From contig CM082587.2 in the NCBI GenBank assembly GCA_040954595.2, forward strand, positions 3,108,275-3,172,274: a stretch of DNA of 64,000 nt, given 5' to 3'. Made by a program: the position numbers and the translations under genes. A model generated the notes under the pieces. The model saw only the letters and a program-made list of their open reading frames with translations, was not told the origin of the DNA and did not search any database. Source of the DNA: Balanoglossus misakiensis. Taxonomy: Eukaryota > Animalia > Hemichordata. Below, one piece after another: positions 43,201-55,177 of this stretch (its first letter is position 1; every line of letters starts with the position of its first letter).

Positions 43201-46200
43201 GGGAAATACTCTGGGATTGAAGAAGGTACAGGCATGGGGGCGGCCCTGTCATGTGGCTGTGGTGGTGGAGGCCAGTTGGACGATGGTGGTGTGTATTGGT
43301 ACTGAAATGGAAAAAAATTGTCACTCCTGTATATCTGGCTAGAGTATTTTCATTCCTATCAATTTGAGAAAATTAAAATGAAAGCTAGTGAAAATATCGT
43401 TCATTCCGAGTCCATGTATGTATTTTATGTGTGTGTGTGTTCATGTGAGTGTCTCTGTCTCTCTCTCTCTCTGTCTGTGCACCTGTATTCTGTCTCACCT
43501 CATCCACAACATCTCCGTAATGCACTCTCCTAGTTGACGGTCCTCTCGGCGTGACAATCTCTTCCACTTCACTGCCCTGCTGATACAGGGCTTCCTTCAG
43601 AGCGTCAATCTCATCTATCAGGGCTGCCATTTCTGGGTCGTCATCTGAAATTTCAAGAACAGAGACATTTTATTTGAAGGTGGACACTTTTGTCACCCCT
43701 AGATGACCCGGCATATAAATGGTATCATTATTTAATGTGGTGATTTGTTTCTAGTTCCAGTAGTGTGAAAAAAACCCACACACCTGCATACTGAGGCCCT
43801 GCATAGCGATCCAGAAGCTCCTGTAGCCGAACGATCTCTGCTTGCTGCTCCTCTAGTTGGTCGTACAAGCCGTCAATCTCATCCTGTTGGGCCACTGTTT
43901 TGAGAGAATCCAGAGAGTCAGATAAGTATGCCATGGTCCACCGTTGGGCATATTTTTCAAAGCAAAAGGTCCCTAAAAAGTCTGGCAGCCCACACACCAG
44001 CTCTCCCTGTCCCCACCCTTAATACAACAATCAATGGGTGACATTTCTTTCCATCTGTTATTATTATACACACGGTTATCTCATATTCTGAATGTGGCAT
44101 AAGTCCCAATATTTACATAACAACAGTTTAACTATTTTCACGGTTATGCATACCAAGTCTCATTTGAGGAGGCGCTCATCATCATCCATAATTCAAACGA
44201 GTCCCAAACAATGACTACCAAAATACATGCAGAGTTTTTTATTATGCATATAATTTATAATCAGGCTCGTTATAAAAGAGTGAATCATGTTGCAGAACTG
44301 TACAAAGCGTGTGCTAGCCTGCCAACAACTGTTGCACCATTCATATGCAAATTACTGGTGGGTCACAAGGATATGATATACATATATTACATGTTGATTA
44401 GGGCTATCAGATATATCTGCAGTTTAAACTTCAGAATACGTGAGAAAATAACACATGGCCATTCCCTTATCGTGTTTTGTTTAATGTCAACTATTAACAA
44501 TTATTTGCTGGTAGGCACTTGCCCTAGATCAATTGCTATGGAAACATTCACATCTGGTCTATTAAAAAATAATTGTTTAACATCAAACTGATCGGAAAGT
44601 AGGGAGGGACAACTCATTAATTATTCATCCCAAATATCATATCAACAGTGCACTTCATCACAATCAAGATGTTGCCATAGCAACAAAGCTGATCTACCTC
44701 TAAGTTTTGAATGTTTTACTTAATTTTTTTTATTAGACATTCGATTGATCAGATGTAAGGTATGCTTTCGGAATTTTGAGACTTTATACACACATATTAT
44801 GAGATTGTAAAGATAGGAAGATGCCATTGACAAGTTAGTTGAAGCCAGAAATTCCACTTGAGTCTGCGACATTGATGAGGGACACGCCAAAAATGGGACA
44901 CGTATGATGAAATGCTGCGGTGTGTCAGACAAATTTGCATATTACAGACAACTAACAATCACAAATAACAAACACAATGTATTTTCTTAGGGAGATTTTT
45001 GCTAGACTGAAATTATTTTTGACAATTAAATTCAGAAAAACCTTTTGATGTGTTTCAGGGTCACTCTTTCATGTTAGATCAAACCAGTCCTATTTATAGT
45101 AGTTTACTCAGACAGCTGACACACTGGATGAATAACGTCATACTACAGTTGAAATTTTCACAAAATCCTCATTCCACAGAACTGTACATCCAAGCAGCAT
45201 TAGCAGAGACAAATATAGGAATATCCATAAACTTTGCACCACAACATCTGAAAAGTCTATCCCATTTTTCAGCTGTGCAAATTAACAATATATCCATGGA
45301 AACTGGATAACCATCCTCCTCAGTAATGCCCATCACCAGCTCTTGGTGAAAGAATTAATATCACCAAAAAATTCATAAACTCGATCAATCGTCAGCTGAA
45401 TGCTTACCCTCTGAACCATCGGCACCAGGCAGCCAGTAATACTCGATAACATCATCGTTGTCTGCCATTCTAGCAGAACATCACAGCACATCACATCACA
45501 CTGGATTAGTGTGACTGAGTGCACGCGGGTGGTGTGTTCTGATATGGACTCTTTAAATAGCATATGCAAAATACGGCGGGCGTATGACCCTGAGTGGGAA
45601 GCAGGCCTGTATTGGCTGTGGGGACACGGGGGTATATACAGGCTGGACCTCAGATGGGGGCACATCAATGAACATGTCAGAAACCCACAACTGCAGGTAA
45701 GGGTCACACTCTGGCTGTTGAAATTATGCTATTTTTAGTTCTCCACAGAAACTTTGACTTTCAAGTTAATATTTATACTGCCAGGTGATGCTTTTTGCTG
45801 GTATATATATATTATTTTTAATATGTTACAAATATGCGGCGTGGCACATATTTGGAATGTGTAGACAGTAGTGTTGACACAGTCAATGACATACTAAACA
45901 GAGGGCACAGGCAAGTACATAAAGACATGTAGTGCTATGGACCATTCTACCAGTGACAAACTAGTCGGATGAACATAATGGATTACTCCTTTAGCAAGTA
46001 ACTACAGGGGTGAAAAATGGACCATTCCATTGATGACGAACCACAGGGGTGTACTCACCAACAGTCTGAGATGCCCTGTCTGTCTCCTCTACCTCGGCTT
46101 CCAATTCATTCTCTCTCTCAGCAAGCAACGCCTGCAGCTTCTCAATTTCCTCCTGTGCTTTGACCAGCCCCCTAGCTGCTCTCCTGGCCTGTGGGTGACT

Positions 46201-49200
46201 ATACTGGTCCTGTCGGGGGCAAAAGACAAAAATGTTGATATATCTGTGTCTACTCTTAACTGTCTACATTTTAAAGGCCCATATTAAGGGTGAGATTAAA
46301 CTTAAACACCCAGAAATTCTCTGATTATAAAACCAACTCACCTCTAGTAATTTTTTGTGTTTTTCAAGTTCACGTTGCTCTTTATCCTTTACTCTGTCTC
46401 TCTCGCGTTTCTTCTTCTCCAGTTCTTTCTTCTCCGCCTCCAGTTTCTCCGCTTGTTTGTGTCTTTCCCGCCTCTCTGCCTCCTTCTGTTTTTCTTTCTC
46501 TTTGTCCTTCTCCTTTTTCTTGCGCTCCTCGTCGTCTCTCGACTTCCGTCTTCTCAGCTCGCCTTCCAGTCTGGCCACCTGGGCTTCTGCATCGGCCAGC
46601 TGTAGAAATTTAAGGGTACATGGAGTGGTTTCAATGGATCGCACATGTTAACGGTTAAGGTTTGGTCAAGATACAGGACAACTATCTCTGATTAAAAAAA
46701 TTGCAATGTTTAAAGGGACAACGTTTCTATCTTTGACACTTCCATTGTTGAACTCGGTGCAATGCTGACATGTTTTATCTTGGTCGCTCAGATTAGACAC
46801 TAAATCATGGGTACAGCAATCAATGAATCATCAACACACCTTCTTTGACGCGTGTTTATCGACACCTTTCTCTCTCTTTTTTGCTTCGGCTAGGGCCCTT
46901 TCCAGCTCTTTGATCTTTTCCCTGTCCTTAGGATCAGGAACAACCTTAGTCGGTGTGGGTTTCTTCTCTTCCGTCTTCTCCGGTTTTCCAGGGCTCCTTT
47001 GAGGAGACGGAGTCTTCTTTCTGGATGCCTGGAGGAGGAACGGATACGCCGTGAAACCTTCCAGGTCTATGCTGATAACAGTCACACAGACCAACATCCA
47101 TGTAACGATCATGAACAAAATTAATGTGTCGTTTAAAATTTTGACAATCACTCCAACTCAAAACTCACCTCAAATTCCTGCCTCTGTCTTTCTCTCTCCT
47201 CGGCCGCTCTTCTCTCAGCCTCTTTGATCTTCTCGTTCAGTTTCTGCATGTCTTTCTGCATGTGCATCAGATTGGACTCGTGGGCTTTCTTTTGTTCGGC
47301 AAGCTGTATCACAGGGGTATAACGTCAGTACTTTTAGCGTTGTTTACTTTTGGCAAGAGGACTGATACAAGAGGACTATCACTCATACTTTCTGGGAGTG
47401 AAGTTACTTAGCATTAAACAAGGCTAACATCATCTTTGCAAAGCTTTCCATTGTTCTCTATCTGTCTTTGACTTTTACTCACCTTGGCCTGCAGAGCTTT
47501 CTCCGTTGTCAGTTTAAACTGCCCTTCAGCCTTCTTCAACGTCTCTCTCATTTGTTTGATCTCCGACTCTGCCTGCAAAACAATTCACAATATTCACACA
47601 TAAATTAACTCTGTCTGTCGAACACACCACACAGACGTCACAAAGAGGGAATGTCTCACTAAAAACCAAGGCAATGCTACTTTAATGGGACAATCAATCA
47701 CAGAATACAGCATTAAAGAAGCATCGTCTCTACCTGCTCCTGTCTCTTCTTAGCCTGTTCTTTGTCCTTCTTGGACTGTTCCAGTCTCTCCTTCAGCTGG
47801 CTCTGCAGATCAGACAAAGTTTTCCCCAGGATATCTCTGTCGCTGTACGGCACAATGTCACCCCCATCGTCCATGTGAAGAGACATCTCGTGCAGTCTCT
47901 TGACAACATCTTCCGGCCTCATGCTGTTGTTCATCACCTCGTCGATCTGCTCCTGCTGCTCCCGGAGACGGTTTTTCAGGGATTCGTTTGTTGCCTAGAC
48001 AACAGGATGAAAAAACGATGCAAAGTTTGGTCATGACCAAGTAGGGCAATGCTGGTGGTCAAATTTTGTACCCACTATGTTTCTACACGTACCTGCAATG
48101 CTGCTACTTGCATGGCGAGACGTCTGGCTTCTTCTTCCTTCTCTCTCATTTCCTCCGAATCTCTCAGGGCTTGGTCAACTCTCTCCTGTTCTCTCAACAG
48201 CTGACTGTACATGGATTCTCTCTCAGACTGCAAAAACCGACAATGACTAACATTAGCAACACTGGCGTACATGCATTCACATTAAAGGGAGTGAAGATGG
48301 TATCTGCTGATATACTTTGGAGTTATTCGTCCATTTGTGTGAGAGGTTATCTTTGGTGGACTTTTGAATGAAACCAGTTGGACTGTCATTGCTGGAGTTC
48401 TTGACTCTCTATGCCAGTAGCTATCACACAGACAATCAAAGTTCATCACCACACGGACATGCATAAAATAGAGGGGATTGTATCCCTTTAATCAAAACCC
48501 ACCTGTGCTTTTCTCTGTTCCTCTTCTAGAATCGCTCTGTATTTTTCCGCCTCCTCAGCTGCAGCTCTGAGCCTAGCCTCTGTGTCGGGATCCAGGCGTT
48601 TACTCAGTTCTGCCTGAGATCGTCGCAGGGACTGATTTTCAGTTTGGGTTTCAGAAAACGACTTTTCCAAGTCTTGGATTTTCTGTATTCAAAGCAAACA
48701 GAACTTCTTATTTTAGTTCTCTTCCCTCTTGTGTGTGCAGGGACGTGATTGGACGGACAGCATTACATGACATGACGGGATATAATCTGTCATTGGCTGA
48801 CAGTACATCACATGACTGATAGTATCGCAATCAGTATTATTATACAAACTAAACACTCATGACGGCACAAACAAATCATATTTTATCCTAGTTTCTTTTT
48901 AGGTAGTTTGGTTAGAAACTGACGTTTTTTTCAACAAAAATTCAAATCACCTGTTGTAACTCTTTATTCTGTTCCGTTTCAAATCTTATCATGCTCTTTT
49001 CTGCCTCCAATTCGTGTATCTGTGCCAACAATTGGTCTTTCTCCCTCTGTAAATCTTCGTAGTCATCTCTCTGTTTCAGCGCCTGCTGTTTGACGTTGTT
49101 GAGGTAATCGGTCAGGCTTTTTACAATCTCCTCCAATTCCTCTTTCAGCTCTTCGTTTGCTACAGCTTTTCCTACATTTCACAGAAAAAAAGAGAGCATT

Positions 49201-52200
49201 TTTGAAGAAATGTTTTGTGATGACATGCAACGCAACTTTCCTTGTGCAAGATCGCACATACATCGTGCATCCTATTTGACTGGTTTGAAACACAGCCAAT
49301 TATTCGTTTGGTTTCCTTCCTCCTAGTTCCCTGACTCACTGTCATCTAATCTACCTACAGCCAAAAAGTAGCTTGAGTTTACCTTCTTGGAGTTGCTGTT
49401 CCAATTTCCTGATCTCGGCCGTTTCTTTCTCGATTCTGGCCAGCATTTCATCCAGTTCCCTCTGCAAGGCATCGTACTGGTCAGTGGCAAGTCTCAGCTG
49501 CTGTTTTCTGTTGGCCACTTGTGCCTTCACATTTGCCTGCATCAAAAACAGAATCAAAGCCAGGTATATGAAGCCACCCTCAGGATAACAGAACTTTTAT
49601 CGTTGACTGATTATAGCAAATCAGCATCATTATATGGATAGCGATGCACTCAACAAAAAACTTACATATTGAGGATGATCTTCTCCCAGTCTCTCCATCT
49701 CTATCTGCAAGTCTTGGATGGCTTTCTCTTCTCGCTGCATGTACTGAGCTGTTGTCTGCATTTCGGTTTCGATCTCTGCCGCCCTCTCTCGCAGCTGATT
49801 CACAGTTCTCATTTTCTTTGCCAGTCGGTTTCGGATCTGCTGTTTGTCTTCCTCTGTTAGCTAGGAGACAATATTTCACAATGGTTTATAAACAAAGCTG
49901 ATAATTTTTTTTCATATTGGGAAGGGTGGGGGAGGGGTAGTCTACTTACTGGTCTCTGAGGGGCAGCACTGGCAATTCTTTTGAATTCCTGGGTTGCTTC
50001 GAGCAACTGCTGTTCAGTGTTGAGGAGATCATCTTGAAGTTTGCGAAGTTTATCCTGGGCTGTGTAAACAAACAAACGCATTAATTTTTCAATTAAAGTT
50101 TGCAAACACGACCATTCTTTTTGGTATGTGAATGGAATCTCATAATAGGAAAAAATTCTGCAGCGTACCTTTTTCTATATTCTCTTCTTTACTGACCAGC
50201 TGGATGTCCAGCGCCTGGTGGATGCGGTCTCGCACCTGAGCATTGACGTTGCTTGTGTCCGGTTCGTCATAGCTCAGTTTCTGTACGGTCACCGGCTGGG
50301 CCTTGCTCATGACAAACTTCTGTCCGGCCATGGAACTCTGTTTATATCTGGCTCTCCCCAAGTACGGACTCTCCTCAGCCCCGCCTGACTCATCCTCCAA
50401 TCCCTAGACGAAAAGGAATTCATTCCATCAATTTGAAGAAAAAATTCCCTGGTTTCGTATGCATGACAAATTCTATATTCTGGAAATTTCCAAGTCAGTG
50501 TATCCATTTGAACACACATCCACACACAGACGCAGCTTTGTGTTGTCGACATACCTGATGAGCATATTGTGGAAACTGTCCCAGCGAATCAAACTTGGCG
50601 TCAATTTTATAGAACGCCAGTTCCTGCTCCAGTTTGTAGTGTTTCTCGCACGCCCTGTTCAGCTCTACTGTCTTCCTCTTCAGCTGCAAAGAAGTAACAC
50701 GTTCATTATCTTCTTATCACTGTCATCGGGTTACAATACAAAAATTACCCAAGTGAATATTTTTTAGCTCACGAATATTACCCCCCGGTAATGGCCAAGT
50801 TGAGCCTGTCACTCACCAGTTCTTCTTTGGTTTCCAACTGTCTCTGAATCTCTCTCATCTGTTTCCTGTGCTCCCTGTCCCGTTTCTTCAGGTCATCCAG
50901 CAGATCTCCTTTCTGTTTGATTTCCGTCAGCGTCTTGCTCTTCTCATCTTCCATGCTCTGGAATTTCTTTTCCTGTTTCTCCAACTGTTCTTCCAGGTTC
51001 TCAATCTCCTCTGTTGGGAAAAATCAACCGGTGTTTGTATATTTTTTAAAAACATTTTCACAGTATTTGTGTTATTCTATGTACTGAAGCATTTCATCTT
51101 TACACTATCCCTGTAAAGTTCAGCTTCATTCACCAGGTTATATTAAATCTAACAAACATTATCTGCTGTTCAGAGTCTATAAATAAACCCAATGAAGTTT
51201 TAGAAGGTCTTTAATCTTCATGTGCATGTCAGTGTTAATCAATACTTTCAAATCACTGCTGTACGCCCAGCCATATTGATTCTTTCCCACTGTAAATCTG
51301 CATTACATAAAAGGCAATCATGTCCCATTCAGCTTGGGTGCTGTCCACAATAACATTACCCTGTGGAATACGTATTGTGCTGAGTTTGGTATTTGTCTAT
51401 TCTGCTTTCTCGAGAACAAAGACGTTTTCTTGGCAGCTATTGTGTCATTGTCACTCGCACCCTGGTCGGACGAATTGAGACGGGTCGTTGTGTCAATGCA
51501 AGAACTGACTCCCGCACTTAAGAAAAATGATTTCTGATCCCTACTGATGCAAACTAAAACTCGATAGACATCTTTCTTCAAAAATATCCCCTACCTTGTT
51601 CAAACCTCTCCATTGCGATCTGGCGTTCTTTGAAATCCACTGGTCTTCCATCGAGAATCTCCAGAGTCCTGAGCTGGAACACCACAAAGAGTCTGGCGTG
51701 CGGCAACTCGGACAACGGGTTGTCGGCGACGTTCAGCTGGACTAGGTCATGCTGCTGGCGAAGTCGAGCTAGCTCTTGAAGCTGTTGTGAACACAAAAAT
51801 GTACAAATTGTAGAGTTTTTTGTCTCAAACAAGTAATGGTAGTGTCAAAAATTTTGCCACGTAGAAGCAAAAAATAATGTTTTATTATGCAAAATCGTAG
51901 CTACCATATATTGCAATTTCTGAGTAGGTGTGGTGTGAGGACAGACTCAAGTTCTTGCCACATTTAAATATACTCACCGTTCCAAGTTTATTTTTGGCGA
52001 TACGTAGCGTTCTCAACTCTTTCAGTTTTTTCCCAAACCAGGCCGGTATGTGTTCAATCCTATTCCCGGTCAAGTTCAACACTTGTAGATGGACCAGAGA
52101 CTCCAATCCATCAAGTCGCGCGATGCAGTTGAAGCTCAAGTTCAATTCTTTGAGTTTTGTCAGCTTGTCTAGTTTCTCGATTTTCTCGATGATGTTACAG

Positions 52201-52847
52201 CTGAGGTTCAGCACTTGTAAGCGTTTCAGCCCTTCAAGGTTTTCGATGTACTGAAGTGAAATGTAACACAAATGTGAAGAAACAACAGCACTGAAGACTG
52301 AAGAGTAAGAATCAAAAACATGGCTGTCACACACGAAGACGGGAAACATCGTGAAGTCCTCCAGAGTGTCAAACATGTGTAATTGTATTTTGACAGAATG
52401 GTGGCCATTTTCTTTGTTAACCACTTGACTCACCTTGATTTTCTTGCCCCCTTCTTTTGACAAGGTCAAGTTCAAGGACAAAATTTGATCCAAACTTTCT
52501 TCTTTGGCAATTTTCTTAATAAGTGTCTCAGTGATGTATCTGACAAGGAGTTTGTTACTGGAAGGTTCACCTTAAAATTAAAATACAAAAAAGAAATGTT
52601 TGTGTACTTTTAGCAAACTATCATACACAAGTGTAGAAATGTGCCATGATAATTAGCTTTGAAGGTACATGTAATTCATCAAGTGAACTGACTAACCTGC
52701 TCCAGGGTCCTGAGTAGGCGGTGAAATAATTCCTCTGTGACTTAAAGCTGTGTCAGAGGCAGAATGGCTGATAAAGCCCAAGGACGGAGATCCTCTCCTG
52801 GTTCCATATCTCTGCGTTGGCGTCAGTCGCCCTCCAGATCGGTTCAT
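31250..52847 (-). CDS. CNTRL: Centriolin (CEP110/CEP1): N-terminal LRRs plus long coiled coil, about 43 coding exons
   Basis: ATG at 52847 (MNRSGGRLTP). Exon 52571-52433 VRYITETLIKKIAKEESLDQILSLNLTLSKEGGKKIK, then YIENLEGLKRLQVLNLSCNIIEKIEKLDKLTKLKELNLSFN..HIPAWFGKKLKELR, LRRcap NPLSELPHARLFVVFQLRTLEILDG, YKLEQELAFYKIDAKF, SPYLGRARY, a Pro-rich segment ending CNVPEHHDL, and CLEKTLSKRRAELREADRLL. These match recalled vertebrate centriolin motifs. The last exon 31395-31250 ends GSAPEH*. Confidence 0.93.
32998..33234. mobile_element. Degenerate short hAT-like MITE in a CNTRL intron; related partial copy at 43024-43065
   Basis: Begins CAGGGTTT and ends AAACCCTT (imperfect TIR), with internal repeats AAATTCC(A/G)GGA..TTTTCC. 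The start resembles CAGGGTTCACACACTCAAAGTCATTACAATTCCAGGA at 43024. No TSD is recognisable. Confidence 0.5.
44532..45303. promoter_or_regulatory. Intronic cluster of RFX X-box motifs in CNTRL
   Basis: GTTGCCATAGCAAC at 44671-44684 (near-perfect palindrome), ATTGCTATGGAAAC at 44532-44545 and ATATCCATGGAAAC at 45290-45303. Confidence 0.5.
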
Positions 52848-53484
52848 TGTGGCTGCAGCTTTCAGTTCCAAGCCCAAGGTTACTTTTAAACGAATTCAGG
52901 AAGTCTGCATTGTATGAAGAAGAATATCACAAATTATGAAATGTAAAGTAAAAATCCCAACAAATGCAGCTGATGAGTTAAAAGTGTCGTCTGCTGCTGC
53001 TGCATATATGATACATACATACATGTACCATATGTTGTAGAGGCACACAAGTGATCAATTTCACACAAACCCCCATTAATATGATTAGATCTGTATTACA
53101 GATACTGCATAGGGGGCTGTGGATATATTTTGGCAACGGTTCAAAAATTCGCCTCACCTGGACGGGTTTAACCCCCTAAAAAAGACGCACGCGGCTTGAT
53201 TCCCCGTCACAAGACTACAAGAAGGCGACTATCAGAAGTGTCACCCCCTCGTCCTTTCAAGTTGGAACGGAGATAAGGAACTGTCAGGACATGCCGTCAT
53301 GCACCAGAGTTTCCTCTGGCATGTAGGGGTGTTTGGAATTTAGTGCACCACTTCCACTTCACTTCAACAACCGCTGCTCCCAACCAGACTTTCGGGGCTA
53401 GTTTAAAAATCTGAAGACAGATCCCAATAAAATTCTCCAGAATTGCTCTTAAGCTGACGTGAGATCGATCGCTGACACACTTAC

Positions 53485-53863
53485 CTTCGAAATACGGTTG
53501 TGCGAAGAAGCACAGAACTTTTTATACAATCTTGATCAATACGATCAAGTTCCAGCTTGAACTCGCCGCCATTTTTGTTTTGAAAATTGGCGCACTGAAC
53601 TGTGGGTATGTAAACGCCTATTGCGTTTCTATGGCAATAATCCAGAGACGATTATATGTTGCACAGAAAACAGCAAAAATCAAACAATATTTTCGTCTTA
53701 AATTTATACGAACTTTTTTTTAATTTAGTAGATATGTTACACCCTCCAACGGTACAACCTTTATTTTTCAATCTTTCTTGACCTTTGACCTAAAAAGATA
53801 CCATCTGTCGGTTGCAGAATCTTCAACTCGCACCGGTAACACGTTTTTCCTCGCACAATACAG
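53485..53863. promoter_or_regulatory. Bidirectional promoter shared by CNTRL (-) and HDHD3-like (+), with flanking 5'UTR exons
   Basis: Minus donor AAG|gtaagt at 53485 and plus donor CAG|gtatgt at 53863. YY1-type CAAAAATGGCGGCG on minus at ~53564-53577, TTTGAA plus TTGGCGC at ~53579-53593, X-box GTTTCTATGGCAAT at 53625-53638, DR1 TGACCTTTGACCT at 53779-53791. Confidence 0.6.
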
Positions 53864-54448
53864 GTATGTTGGACGATCGCAAGCCTCTCCACAAAGTTAA
53901 TGTCTTTCAAATCAAACTTTGTAGGGAAATGTATGTCGATTATGTCCCAGACTATGGTATAAACCCCTAGATGATGTCACGGAAATAGAAAGTTATCACC
54001 CAACACATGCACGTACAGTAGTGGACGCGTTATTTACATGTAGTGTTCTGCAAGTTTTTGCTTTCGTGCCACATGGATCGCTTTAATGCCACATTCAGAG
54101 AAAGAGGATTGGATCTGTAAGGGGTTTCCCATCTTAATGTTCCTGTGACTGTCAAAAGTGAAAGCGTGTATGTCGTAAGGGCGTGGATCATTATTCAAGG
54201 TCACCTTGACTTCATCGTGACCCAAAAGTCCTTGACGTGACCAGTACCGGTCACCGTGCGCCCCCAACGTTTTGGCCATACTTGGTACCGGTAGTCAGTA
54301 TACGTGTCATTGGAGCACATTTACTGATCCAAATAACAAAAAAAGAAGCAAGATTCCATCTTGTCTCAACAAGGCCATATTTTATTTCTTTTCCAGGTGG
54401 CGTTAACTGGTTTATCAGGAAGTGACCGCTGGCCTCGAATTGGTTGCC

Positions 54449-55177
54449 ATGGCGTCTTCGGGCATCAAGCTCCTGACGATGGACGTCACGAAAACGCTGA
54501 TACGCATGAGGGTGTCGGTGGGCCACCAATACACTCGGGTAGCCTCTCAGTTCGGCTTCCAGTATTACCAAGAATCGCTGTTGACGAACTCTTTCTACGT
54601 ACAGTACAAGAAACTATGGGACGAACACCCAAACTTTGGGCAGCAAGAAGGAAATATGACAGCGTTAGATTGGTGGAAACTGATTGTCAAGAACACTTTT
54701 ACGCATGCATACCAGGGTTTTGAGAATGTGGACCTGGGACCGCTTGCTGAAAAACTTTTCGACGACCTATCGAAAGCCGAAGGTTGGGAAATGTTCTCGG
54801 ATGTTAAGGAGACTATGCCGAAGATACATGCCACCGGAGTGAAGCTGTGCGTGCTCTCAAACTCGGACAGTCGTAAGAGGAACATCTTGAAGGAACTTGA
54901 CTTGATGAAATATTTTTCGGATATCGTCCTCTCGGGTGAAAACACCTGCTACAAGCCACACCCTGAAATATTCCAATTGGCAATGGAAAGATCCAATGTC
55001 AAACCGTCTGAATCTATGCATGTTGGGGATGATGTTGACCTTGATTACAAAGCTGCCAGAAGTGTGGGGATGTCTGCCTATTTGATTGACAGACAGGGGA
55101 AGTTGGCAGATGCCCCCGGAGTTGACAAAAAGCACATCCTGAAAGATCTCAGTCAGCTCGTTGATATATTAACATAA
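54449..55177 (+). CDS. HDHD3: Haloacid dehalogenase-like hydrolase domain-containing protein 3 (REG-2-like), single coding exon, 242 aa
   Basis: gccATGG start following acceptor ttccag| at 54396. HAD motifs: LLTMDVTKTL (I), VLSNSD (II), YKPHPEIF (III), MHVGDDVDLDY..ARSVGM (IV). SVGHQY, HPNFG and DWW are typical of HDHD3/REG-2. Confidence 0.88.
   Translation: MASSGIKLLTMDVTKTLIRMRVSVGHQYTRVASQFGFQYYQESLLTNSFYVQYKKLWDEHPNFGQQEGNMTALDWWKLIVKNTFTHAYQGFENVDLGPLAEKLFDDLSKAEGWEMFSDVKETMPKIHATGVKLCVLSNSDSRKRNILKELDLMKYFSDIVLSGENTCYKPHPEIFQLAMERSNVKPSESMHVGDDVDLDYKAARSVGMSAYLIDRQGKLADAPGVDKKHILKDLSQLVDILT

Noticed and set aside
51318-51581. Possible extra CNTRL exon in an intronic ORF
   Set aside because: In the required phase-1 frame from the available acceptor it hits a stop, and the flanking exons already join in frame.
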